Shown piece by piece: positions 13,101-26,600 of a stretch of 64,000 nucleotides of DNA. This DNA comes from Octopus vulgaris (taxonomy: Eukaryota). Under the pieces are notes generated by a model. The model was not told the DNA's origin. It saw only the letters and a list, made by a program, of their open reading frames with translations, and searched no databases. The translations under genes were made by a program, and so were the position numbers. Position 1 is the first letter of the stretch. Every line of letters begins with the position of its first letter. The DNA is taken from positions 24,986,001 to 25,050,000 of the forward strand of contig OX597821.1 in assembly GCA_951406725.2 (NCBI GenBank), given 5' to 3'.

Positions 13101-16100
13101 AATCTCTAGTGTCTTTTAATATATCAGAGAAATTGCTTCCAACAAACAGTGTTTTGGGAGTTCACCAATTTCAACCTAATTGTAGCTCATCATTTACAGC
13201 TCCTACAAAAGCAACCGACAGTCTTCAGGGGACTGTTAATATATATCCACAGAGTGATTCTGCATCTCTTGTTTCTTACATGTCTCATGCATCTCATTCA
13301 TCTCTCACATCGATCAGCAGTAAGAAAAACCAGTTTCTATTCCAAAATGGCACTACTGACTCCCCACTTGAGGAAAGAATTATGACCCAAGAAGACCATC
13401 ACAGACTCAGTTTTCAAGAAAATCTCTCCAATTATCAAGAAAACTCTTCTGACAAAACTGGGCTTAACGTTTCTTTGTCTGATCACTTAGACAATTATTC
13501 AGTGTCTAATCTCTCTATTACCAGTTTTCCAAAGAATTCCATGCAGCAGCAAGCCCAGATGTTACCAAAACAGACTTCATTTTGGAAGCCATGTCTATGG
13601 GTAAATTTTGAAGTCTTTTTATGAAACCTCATCTGCCATTATTTCTGTGCATTGTTGATATCACCTGTGTAGTCTTGTTAGAAACACACATGTAAACATT
13701 GGAATTAAAACATTGTGTAATCTTTTGGATTATTGGGACACCACTAAAAGGTTCATCTTAAGAGTGTATCACAAACAAGTTGAAATGGAGAATCATATCT
13801 CTTTTCTAGTTATTGCTTTCATCCACACGAAAGTGTTATGATTGTCCTTTTATAGAGATTACAACAGAGTACCTTACCTAACAGCAAAATAGGAATCTCC
13901 GCTCTACCATATGTATGCTTGTACCATATGTAAGCTTGTACCATATGAATGAATTAATATATTACATCTGTATTAATATATTTAGAACCATTCATAAAAT
14001 AAGTTCATGCATTATGAAGAGAGATGAATTGTGATACTTCTGGCAGGACTGATAAAACCACACAGATAGGAGCTGAAAATTATTCTAATGAATATTAAAA
14101 GCTCTAGTTTCTAATGCCATACTTTGACTTTAAATTTGATTGTTAACAACTGAATTCCTTCAGAATAAAGCTAAATATTATCATGAATGTATTGCTGTCT
14201 CATTTAGGACAATTTCACTCAAGACACGAGTACAAAGATTAACAACCTTCAAGGTAAATTCTTTTCAAATATATACTGTTGTGAATGTAGCATCATTACT
14301 GTAACGTACAGTAAGATTCTCTAATAGGAGAGAGCCTTTTTGTTCATGTACTTTCTTTTAAAACTATTAAGCGTCCTGTTTTCTATAAAACACCAGGTGA
14401 GTAGAACTAAGTATACTGAGACCATTAGAGTTACATATCAATTCCAGATATATGGCATAATGACTGCTATATGGCCACATGGTTAAGATGACCATATGAT
14501 TCAGGGTTCAATCCTGGTGTGCAGACTCTTGAGCAAGTATTTTTGCCATAGCCTTAAATTTACAAACATTGAGTGAAAGTTGACTGACAGAAATTCTCAG
14601 ATGCCCTTTCAATTTCTCCTTCCTTCCCCTCTCTGTTTCTCTCTCTTACCCCTTTATATATTTAAAGTCTTTATACATTTATATCTATCATGCTCATATA
14701 GACTCCAAAATGGTAAGTTGTTCACTACAATAATTGTTTCAAAGAAGATATTCTCCTTATAGGATTGTTATAAACCCAAACTCGAATATCAAAGTTTAAA
14801 AGGTTTTAATCGACTAAAAATACAGCAATATGCAATACAAACAAAGATTGCTAAATTGTAAGCAAAACCAAACTTCAATGCAACAACACTTTATGCAGCA
14901 AGTTGCTACATTCTAGACTAACTAAAATCAATGCTGAACATGTCATCTGCAAACAGAACAGTTCTCCGTGCAGTCGCACTACAGGCATATAACAGCAATC
15001 GAGACAATCAAAATCACGTGATCAAAACTAAAATCACAACATTGATACATGCAAAAACACATTGAGTTGAGCTCTGAATGATGTCAGCATTTGAGAGTAT
15101 ATAAGCATGTTAAATATAAATGTACACAGCTTTATTCTAATCATAACTGTTTAGTCTCTTATAATGAATTTATTTTAGCTTGACAGAGCTTTTATTCATA
15201 CCAGCAAATGTACTTTTTGCTGTTTTCATGAAGGAACATCACTTTTTATTGGGCTATGAATGACTGAAGCAGTATCCGTAACAGATAAGACTCAACCATG
15301 CAGAAACGCTATAGTCTGATGACACTTTTCAGAGCCCAGCTCAATGTTTTCACACACATTATCTAGAGACAGTGGAAGAGGAAGCACCCAGGAAGTCATA
15401 GGACAAAGTACTGAAGGATGACCTCAGGACACTGAACATTGCAGAGGAGATGACAAAGGACCAAGATATCTGACACCTTGCTGTACTCAAGAAGATCTGT
15501 CCTCTACAGTAGAAGTGTTAATGCCCCTCCCCCAGATAAAGAGGATTGGCCTGCAAAAGCCCTGTGCTGGTACCATGTAAAAAGCACTCATACAAACGTC
15601 ATATGAAAGCACCCGCACAAACTGTTAACTGGTTGGTATTAGGAAGGACATCCATCCTTAGAAACCAGGCCAAATCAGACTGGAATCTGGTGCAGCTCAC
15701 CTGCTTGCTAGCTCTGGTCAAATTGTCCAACCCATGCCAGCATGGAAAACAGATGTTAAAGGAGGATGAAGATAATGATGATGATAATGACGACAACGAC
15801 AATGTGAGTATACTTGAGCTGGTTAAATATATATGTACAGAAAACCAAAACTTTCAGATAGGGACCGTTGGACTCTTACGCAAATTGTTAGAATGGATCA
15901 CAAAAGTACAACTCCCAAAATTACTGCAGAGTTTAATGACCATCTCGAGAACCCAGTTTCCACAAAAACTGTTCACCAGGAGTTGCACAAAGCCAGATTT
16001 CACAGGCTGCAATCAGAAAACTACTACTTTCAAAAACAAATGTTGCAAAGCATTTAGAGTGGAGTAAAATCCTACAGAATTAGTCCCTAGAGCAGTGGAA

Positions 16101-19100
16101 GAATGTTATTTTCTTGGGTGAGTCATCCTTTACTTTATTTACAACCACCGGCCAAGTATACATGTGGAGACAGCCAAAAGAAGCATTTGACCCAGATTGC
16201 TTTCTTCCAACTGTTAAACACGAAGGAGGATCTGTGATATTCTGGGGTGGGGGCTATATCTTGGAAATCTGCTGGCCCACTGGTTTTCCTTCATGGCAGA
16301 ATTAATAGTCAAGACTATTTAAGCATTTTTTGCTGATCAAATTCAGCCTATGGTTGCGGAACTGTTTCTGAAGGGAAACGCAATCTTTCAGGATGATAAT
16401 GCACAAATTCACACAGCTAAAGTTGTCACTGAATGATATGAGGAACATTCTAGTGAAGTTGAACATCTTATCTGGCCACCACAGTCCCCAGATCTCAATA
16501 TTATTGAACATTTATGGTGCATTTTAGAAAAACAAGTAGGGGGTTGATATTCTCCACCATCATCACTACAAGAACTGGAAACTGTTTTAGGTGAAGAATG
16601 GACAAAAATTCCTTTGAAAATAATTCAAACTTTGTATGAATCCATACCTCATAAAATTCAAGCTGTAATTACTGCTAAAGGCAGTCCTACCCCATCTTAA
16701 AATAAATTTGTTTGAAATTTTAAGGTGTCTCCATTATTTTGTGCAACCCCTGTAATCTTCAAATCCCATTTTATTTTGTTCTTAGCCTTGCCAACGAAGA
16801 CAGTTAAGAGAACAGTGACTTTGTCAGTCAGTGATGAATCTGTAGAAGTTCTTACTGCAAAAGTGTCAGAGAAGAGTAGTCATCAATATTCCTGTACCAG
16901 AGAATCAACCTACTTACCATCTGAAAGTAAAAGTTCCAACAATTGTAGCAATCGCAGTTCTGGTAGCATCAAACATCTTGTCCATTCTATTGGGACTGAT
17001 ATGAAAAAATCCATTGCTGTAAGTCACATTCATTAAATTAAGATGTTACGTATAAGTTGTATTCAACATTTCAAAATTCTTTTTGCATTTCATTTTTTTA
17101 TATTGACTGATTGTTGATGGTGAATGCCTACTTTACTTTGAAATGAAGATCTGCAAAACTGCTTGCCAGCTAGCATAGAGTTTTGATAGATAGTTTATTC
17201 AGTAAATTACAATGAATCACTGTTCCCCCACTTTTCCCAACATCTAGAGCAAGATATGAGAATAGGATAATTACATAGGGCAGTTTAACTATTATATGTC
17301 TAAATATCTATATATGAGGTACCTTTATCTGTATACTACATTCATCAGGGTGCTTATATGAGGATATAAGGAGGTATAAAGGTATACTCAAAATGTGTAT
17401 TCATATACACAGCACAAGAAGCATATGAGTCACCAGGTAAAGTTGTTAATGTACAAATTAAGATGGGGAAGATGGGTGGGCATAACAGGAATGCAAAATG
17501 GATGTTGAGCAGAGACCTTGTGCATACTAAGTTTTACGTACTACATAGCAAAACAGGCTCAGAAGAAAAGCCATAGTATTTAATAATAATTATTATTATT
17601 ATTATCATTATAACATTAATACTAAATTAATATTACATGGAAAAATGCAAGCTTGAAAAGTAACGTTCTTAAGATTATAAACCTGGAAAAGTACAGGACA
17701 AGTTATAACACCTGGAAAAGTATAGGACAAGCTATTACTTCTTGTAAAGTAAAGAATAAGAAACTTTATACTTAAAATATTGCAGCAAAGAATGCCAGTT
17801 CTTCTAATTTATCACTCTTTACAGTTCTCATCTTTTAAATTTATTGTACAAAACTGCTCAGTTAATTTGTAAGTTTGTCTAATTATTCACTTTTTTCTTT
17901 ATTTAAGTTAGTAAATTAGCCAAATCTTACTTAAATAAGTATAGTGTTATTTGTAAATTATAATAAAATAAGTTTTAATATTCAAATTTTAATTTTGGCT
18001 GCAATATTTTAAGTAAAAAGTTTCTTATTCTTTACTTTACTAGAAGTAATAGCTTGTCCTATACTTTTCCAGGTGTAATAACTTGTCCTGTACTTTTCCA
18101 AGTTTATAATCTTAAGAATATTACTTTCAGTGCTCTCATTTTTCCATGTAATTCATGATTTTTCCAGGTATTGCTGTTGTAAGATAATTACCTCCACCAA
18201 AGAAGGAGGTTATGTTTTCATCGGCGTTGGTTTGTCCGTCTGTGTGCAAAATAACTCAAAAAGTTGTGAACTGTATTTGATGAAACTTGCAGAAGTTGGT
18301 AATGACACAAGGAACAGATGATGAAATTTTGGTAGTGATCTGGGAATTTTTATGGATTCTTGAAGGATTTTTCATTTGTTATATTTACTTTACATGAAGT
18401 ATTACAATGTTACGTTCTTTGATTATCTCCCTTGAAAACACGTTCATCGTTTCCACGTAACTTGTGGTGGCATTGCTGTTTCCAAAGTTTATTTTCGTTT
18501 CTCTATTAGTAATTTTACTCGCGTATCTATCTTAAAATGAGCTGCTTGGCAGAGGTCTGTGGAGGATGACATGACAAGCCTTGCCTATTGGGATTGACTC
18601 AAAAAGCTCAGACTTTGCTCCCTCCACCACCGCTGTGAGCTCTATATCATCTGAATGATGTGGAAAATATTCCATCAACATTGCCCATCTTAAAATTTCG
18701 TCCAATGCTTGGCCCCCATGCCATCCGTCCACTACAAAAATGTTCGTGTCGTATCACAGCACAATGACAGAACTATTTCATCTCAAGTGGCCCTACTCTC
18801 TTCAACATTGTGCCAGACACACATAAAGGAGAAAAGTGACTTCATGGCATTCAAATGATCCCAAGATGATTACCCTCAACAAATACCAGATAAACCACCC
18901 ACACCCAGATATGTCTCTGAAAACAATAACCCTCTTCTTGAATGGGCTACAGTTCCCCAGAGCTGACTGTGTATCTATTCCAGGTGGTGCTATTAAATTA
19001 GACATGGCCTGAGTCAACTTCGACCAAAACTTATCTAAGTATTCTAATCTATACTGTAACCTTTTAATCAAAGCAAGACAATGTGGGCAGAAGCTGATAT

Positions 19101-20380
19101 CCCAACATTTCTGTTGGTTTTAAGTATAGAAAAAATTAATAAAAAAGATTAATATCCAACTACATTCAGTGTATGTCTATAAGCTATTGTGTTTAGACTT
19201 GGTTTTAATAAAGCACTCCGAAATTAGAAAAATCAAAAATCTGCAACAATCCCGGTCCCATGAGTATCAGATAATGGATTTTCAACAGTGTAAAGAAACT
19301 GATTGTGGTGATTGTAGTTTTGACAGTGATTGTGATGAAAGCAGAGACAGTGTTGATGATGGTCGAGATAAATATGGGAGGAGGATAAAATAGTATCTCT
19401 GTTGTGTTTTTGCCGGTGTTGGTTTGGAAAATTTGATGATTTTCAGCATGCATGTATATGGGTGGAAATGAGCTGCTTGGCAGAGGTCTGTGCTCTCCTA
19501 GTGCTTTTCTAGTTAAAAATATGTCAATTAATAATTTAAGAATTTACCTTATAAAACACTAACGATAATAATTCAATTTTTCCATGTAAGTAATGATAAT
19601 ATTTCACTTTTTTTCATGTTTAATTTAAATATATGTTGTGATTGAGTTATTTGATATTACCCATCAATACCAAATTAATGACAAGGATTCTTATCATGCT
19701 GTTGGTTGCACCAAGGTTCACCAAAAGTTACAAACAACAAAACCCCAAAACCATCAGTTACCAGGCTCACCTTAAGTAACCTAATTTTGCAATATTAGGA
19801 GGTCACAGGAATTCATTCAATGAAAAAAAAATTTCCAGTGATTCTGGAATTGGGGTGGGGGAAACCCCCACCTCATATTTTCCGAACCAAAATAAGGGAT
19901 TTTTAGCATATTAGGAGTTCAGGGTACTTGATTCCACGCAAAAATCAAATTTTTTGTTTTTTGTTTTTCTTAATGAAAATTGTTAATATAGAAATTTACC
20001 ATAATGCTGTTGTTATTTAGCCTCAAATCAACCCTGATACTGCAAACCTATCATCAAAGACATTCCAGCCTTCAGCAAACTGTCTTTTCAGGGATAATCT
20101 AGGACATTACATACAATGGGTAGGGGAATACTTTGGTTGCTATTTTTAGCATGTTGAGCAACCAGGTAGAGGCTCTTTCAATGGTTCAATTGCGTGATGA
20201 GATCTTTTTACACATATGCAATATGTAATAGGCGCAGAAGTGGCTGTGTGGTAAGTAGCTTGCTAACCAACCACATGGTTCCGGGTTCAGTCCCACTGCG
20301 TGGCATCTTAGGCAAGTGTCTTCTGCCAACCAATGCCTTGTGAGTGGATTTGGTAGACAGAAACTGAAAGAAGCCTGTCG

Positions 20381-20411
<31 letters not shown>

Positions 20412-23400
20412 GTTTGTGTGTCTGTGTTTGTCCCCCTAGCATTGCTTGACAACCGATGCTGGTGTGTTTACGTCCCCATCACTTAGCGGTTTGGCAAAAA
20501 GAGACCGATAGAATAAGTACTGGGCTTACAAAGAATAAGTCCCGGGGTCGATTTGCTCGACTAAAGGCGGTGCTCCAGCATGGCCGCAGTCAAATGACTG
20601 AAACAAGTAAAAGAGTAAAAGAGAGTATGTACATATATCATCAGTAGAAGTTAGAGAGTAAGTCAAAAGCTGAGAGTTTCATGTATTGGCACTTATCAAA
20701 CACAAATTTGTCCGTTGTCACTATGTAACTTCTAATAAAATAACTTCTAAAATACAAAATTTTGTCAAAAACGTTAAGAGTAAACCCTGTTCTATGTGAC
20801 ACATTCTACCAGTATTGGAAGTTTGAAAGTGTTTAGTTTTAAAAAATTAGTTAAATAACCTGTACGTCAAAGTCGACTTCGGCGAAATTTGAAATCAAAA
20901 CATAAAGACAGACAAAATACCGCTAAGCATTTTGCCCAGCACACAAACGTTTCTGGCAGCTCACCACCTTAGAATGTAAACATTCATTTTAGAAATATAT
21001 CTTTATTCTTATTGCTTAAGCGTTACTCCCTTACTTCCATACTTACTGACATAAAATTTTGTAATATTTTACTTCATAACTGTTTTTCTACTAATTTTTG
21101 TTCAATGCAACTAACGATTCTGAATTCCTCATGCATTCTTCTATCATTTAAGCCTAAGAAAAGTATATTTTAAATTTAGAATTTTAAAATTTATGTTAAT
21201 TGAAGATGAATATCTGTCTTACTGCCCACATTGAGGTCACAGATATTTTGATGTAACTTTTTTTCTACTGAACCAAATCTCAAACTATTTATGCCATGTG
21301 TAGCTGAGTGGGTGTCCTCTTTAAAACTATTAACAGTTTGCAATTTATTTGAGAACTGAATTAGTGGTGAAGCTTGGAAGCTGCTGCAATTGGCGAAATG
21401 GTGGGCTTCATATATTCAACCACTACTGTGGTTGAATGATACATGCACATTATAATTGTTAAATTTATCGCACAAGCATTTTGCAATGGGAGTGGGAGTC
21501 TGGCTGAAATTGAAATGAAATGAAATTACATATGACCTTGGCAACTAGATATTCAAGGAAATGGGGGAATCCTAGATTCATTGACTTAGTCACACTTGAA
21601 TAAAAATAGCAATAACTTAGTTGTTGATTCAAAGAAGAACAAGCGTGTTATTGATTCATGAACAGCAGTAAAGAAATGGAATGATATTTGAGAATGTATT
21701 TTAAATAACTGAAAATAAATCCTACAACACTACTGATTATTATGAAATATCTCAGAAGTCTTTACAAAATGAGATGGTTATTGCTATAAATTCTTACACA
21801 CACTCTCTCTATCTCTTCCTCTCTCTCTCTCTCTCTAAATGTGCCAAATAATATACATGAAATGATGACTGAAAATAGATTAACTACACATGCATACACA
21901 TATGTATTTACTTTGAACATGAAACTGTTTTTAGCAGTTGTATATGCATAAAATTATATATCCATTCAATGCCTTCATCAGCATGCAAAGAGAGCATCTT
22001 TTTGAAAATTACAGTTTATATAAAAAATATTAGCACAGACAGTTGAAATATTATGACTTCCAAATAACATTCTTTTGGCTTTTAGAAATGTTTAACCATC
22101 TGGATTAAACATTAACATTAAAAGACATAAAGGAATAATCAAAATAATAACATTACATAAAAAATGTTTTTTACATGTTGAGCAGTATTTATTCAAGTCT
22201 CATAAAATTTATGTAATCCATCCATCTTTTCCACCCAGTATTCTTGGGAGGATTGTTGGGTAGAATCCTCAGGTACCTCCTCCATAGGGTCATATCAGAA
22301 GCGACAATTATTACGCTTTTCAGATGGGTTCCCAAGCATGACCAACTGAGATTATGGATATTATCCAACCATCTCATTCCTGGTCTACCCCTAAGTTTTC
22401 TACCAGTTGGCTTGGTCTGAAGAATTTGTCTTGTGATTCTTTCCTGTGACATTTTAATCATATGTCCATAGTTCCAGAGCTGTGACCTCTCGATGCAGAG
22501 CTGTGACCTCTCGATGCAGAGCTGTGACCTCTCGATGCAGAGCTGTGACCTCTCGATGCAGAGCAGTGACAACTCAACCTGGAGAGACTCACTGACCCTT
22601 GAGCTATTCACCCTATTGAGTAATATTACTCCAGAGATCGTTTCGAAGAACTTCATTTCAGCTGTTTGCATTCACAACCATATTATTTCAGTCATTACCT
22701 AACACTGAAGATAGCAGCAAGTTTATATAATATCAAATTATATTAAATCCAGAAATTTGGCAACTTAAAATGAATCCTATATTTCATAAATCCACTATTT
22801 TATGAAGTGAGTTGATTGTTATAAGTTTCAAAAAATTTCCTGCTTCAACATTTTCCTTTGCTAAATATTCTCTGTTGACATAACTCTTTGTTTTCACACC
22901 ATGATAGACAAAACAGGCTAATATATCTGCAATCACTAAAGAAACTCTAACCAAAACAGAGAAAGCCCTTTTAAAAGTATGGCAAAAAGATTTTAACAGC
23001 CGGTAAGCTACATTTTATATTAATTTTTTAATATCTTGTACATATTAAGTGCAGTTATTAAATTTAACAAAAACATTCTAAGGTTGGTAAGCTTGGTTTT
23101 ATTTTTATTTTTCCTCCTTCTGTATAGAAAGTGTGATTATTAGGTTTGTTTCTACTTTAAACTTTAAATGTAAACAGTAATTTCAGCAAAATTCACCCTG
23201 TGACTTGCTAGCAAATCTTGGTGCAAGAGTTTGTTCGTGTATTTCATTAACTTTGAAAGAAGAAATAGACTTTTTTTTAAATTTCTGTTCACGATTTAAA
23301 CTATTTACACATACCACACACACACACACACACTCTCTCTCTCTCTCTCTCTCTCTCTCATGATCAACTAATCATATAATGTGTCAGGACAATCTCCTTT

Positions 23401-26400
23401 ATTTTTCTTTGTATGAAGAGAATAACAAGATGTATTCACATCTGTTTAAAGTTTTACAGCAAAAGTTTTAAAACCTGCTGTAATTCAACTACTTCAAAGG
23501 TATGTGTGTAAGCTTAAAAATTTACTTATTTGCTTCAAACAATACTGCCATTCCTCAAGTTTCTCAAAGAATCTTTACCAAATAATCTAAGAGCAAAAAC
23601 AATCTAGTTCTGGGCCCCACATGGAGAGGTAGTTGGAATAGAGGAAATCCAGACAGCTAAGTAAGAGTTCGAAAGGAAGGGACTGTAATTTCTAAAATAT
23701 CTCAGCTTGTGACATGGAACTCTTTGTTTTTCTTTCTCCTTTGGTCTTCTTATAATCTTACTTCCTTTGACTTGTATTATTTCTCTCTCTCCTCTTCACA
23801 TTTGCACACACATATCGAGTATAGAGGATGTGTGAAGGTTAGAGAGAAAATGAAGTAAGCATGCTCTGCTTGAGCTGTAATGTTAGTATACAAGAGCAAC
23901 ATAATACATATCAGGTAAGAAAAAAAAACTGTGTATAAGAAGAATCAATATATATTGTGTAAGAGGGATGATTGCATTGGAACGGAGAGATAATGTGTAT
24001 GAGTGATGATAGCCGAATAAAAAAGTACCAAGAGATTCAAGTAGAATAAAATTGTGAAAGAGGAAAACCATAAAAGATAGGCAGAAGATGAGGAAAAAGT
24101 TGTAATATCACATATGGAAATCAAATGTTGTGTCTGGTGTAGACTGTACAACCATATTAAATGAGTTATGTATGTTATAATAATAATTTTGTCTTCTTCA
24201 TTTAACTTTACATTGTTCCTGAAGATTTATCTTACTTTTCCTTCCCTAATTATTTTAGACATGATCTGGACAAAGGCTTTGAGAAAAAAGTATTCAGAGA
24301 ATTTGAGAGACTTCACAAAGAAGTACTCTCTTCTGAAGAATGCAGACAAACACTTTTGGTATGTAGCTTTTCATTTTATTTCTTCCATGTTGGCAGAGTT
24401 TCAGAGAAATGTGTTTATTTCATTTGAAATGATATAACATATTATTTATATTGTATTTGCTTAGGTGTAGTGACATAGAATTGGTTAAACATGACCACAC
24501 AGTGTATTTCCCTTATGGTTTTGATTTGTAGGGACTTTGAACACAGCACTGAAGCTAGCAGAACACTTGTTTATCACAGTACTTTTCTTGCATCAATAAA
24601 TTGTATCAATAGAATTTATTTGAGTCTTATATTGATATTTATTTCAATATATTTACATGTAGATTATGTGGTTACTGGTATATTTAGATGTTTAGCTGTG
24701 CACACATTTTGATTAGCTATATCTATCCATCAGGGTTGTGTCTTGGTTCCCACTCTGTTCAGTGGCTGCATGGGCTGGATACTCAACACAATGGTGACTC
24801 AATCAAGTTGTGATACACTCATTGGTGAAACTAGTGTAATGGACCTAGATTTTAGCTGATGACACAGTTATTCTTGTTGAGTCTCTGGATGTCTTTAGGA
24901 GTGCACTCCTTTCACTGAGTAAGAAAGCAGAACCATCTAGACTTCAAGTCTCTTGGGTCAAGATAAAAGTCCAGTCTTTCATTGGTTTCTTGTAGGACTC
25001 CACCTCATCTGTCTCTGTTGCAAATGAGTATGTTGAAGTTGTTGACCACTTCACTTACCTTAGCATTGAAATTCATAGTTACATTAGCTGCAAGTCTGAA
25101 GTCCTAAAAAGGACCTGGACGAGCTGGTGTGGTCTTAGATTCATTGAACAAGGGTGTTTGGCACTACCAATATTTGAGCAGGAGGGCAAAGGTTCAGGTC
25201 TTTAGGTCCCCAGTCCTCCCTGTCGTTCTGCTCTGTAGTTGTGAGACTTAGACAGTCTGGAGCTCTTAGGAGCCACCTGAACTCCTTTGATACCAAGATA
25301 TTTTGCAGGATTATGGGTTACCATTGGTTGGATTTCATATCCAACTAATGACTCTACTCAGAAACTGAGATGCATTATGAGCAGCATCTCAGACTATTTG
25401 GCTATGTTTCTTGATTTTCTGAGTTGGACCCTACTTACCATATTCTCCTTATTGAGGATCCAGCTGGGTTGATGGCTCATGTTGGTCAACCACATGCCAC
25501 ATGGTCACAACAAATGAGGAGGTATCTCACAAAGATGAGGACTTACTGGGACTCTGCTTGAAGGGGTGCCTGAGAATATATCAATAAATAGTGAATGCAG
25601 CAACATTTCACAACAGCACATGCCCCTATACTTGACCTGACCTATCCATAAGATATAGATGGTTATCATAATTTTAGTAGCCACATATCAAGAGGTAGCA
25701 TTATATATATATTGTAGAATTTATTTTAGTATTTAGCCCTTCTTAACAATATAGAAAAAATTGTGTTACTTTGTTTACATTTATTTTCCAAGACATGTGA
25801 GTACACTTACATTATAAGGCGTAAGTGGATGATGCAAGTTACATTGCAAGCAAATATGAACTGACACAGTGTAGAGGAGACTCTTTAGTGACTTGAAGAA
25901 GCGCATCCAATATTTAAGTAATAAATTGCTTGGTAATAAAATCAGCATTAAGCCATATGAAAAAAAGAACATGCCAGAGCAATGGAAAGTACATACAAAG
26001 GAAATGTGAACATTGCAAACTGCATTTCAAGCAAGTCATCTAGAAGGGCAGTAATTTTGATATATAAAGGGTACTCAGATGACTTCTCTAGTTTGAGTGG
26101 CACAATAAAATCTACTCAAATTAAAGTAGTTGGTGATATGAAGAGTATCTCATTAAATAAGAGAAGACATCTTACAGGTGCAGGTATAGCTGTGTGATTG
26201 AGAAGTTCTCAACTACATGATTTGAAATTCAGTCCTTCTGTGTGGCATCTTGAACAAGTATCTTCTACTATAGCCTCAAGCCAACCAAAGCCTCATCAGG
26301 GGATTTGGTAGGAAAATACTGAAAGAAGCCTGTATATATATATATGTGACTGCGTGTGTATTGTTGGCGATTTTTTTCCTCCATCTTCCTTTCTTTGGAT

Positions 26401-26549
26401 CTTTCCTTTTCCTATGTTTCTGACGAAGAGCTCTACTCAAAATGTTAAATCCTCCTTCTTTCTTTCCTTTCCTGAGTGTCCAATAACACTATACTTGTTC
26501 CATGTCCTCACGTTGTGTTTTCTCTTTGTGTTTTCATGTTTGCATTAAC

Positions 26550-26600
<51 letters not shown>

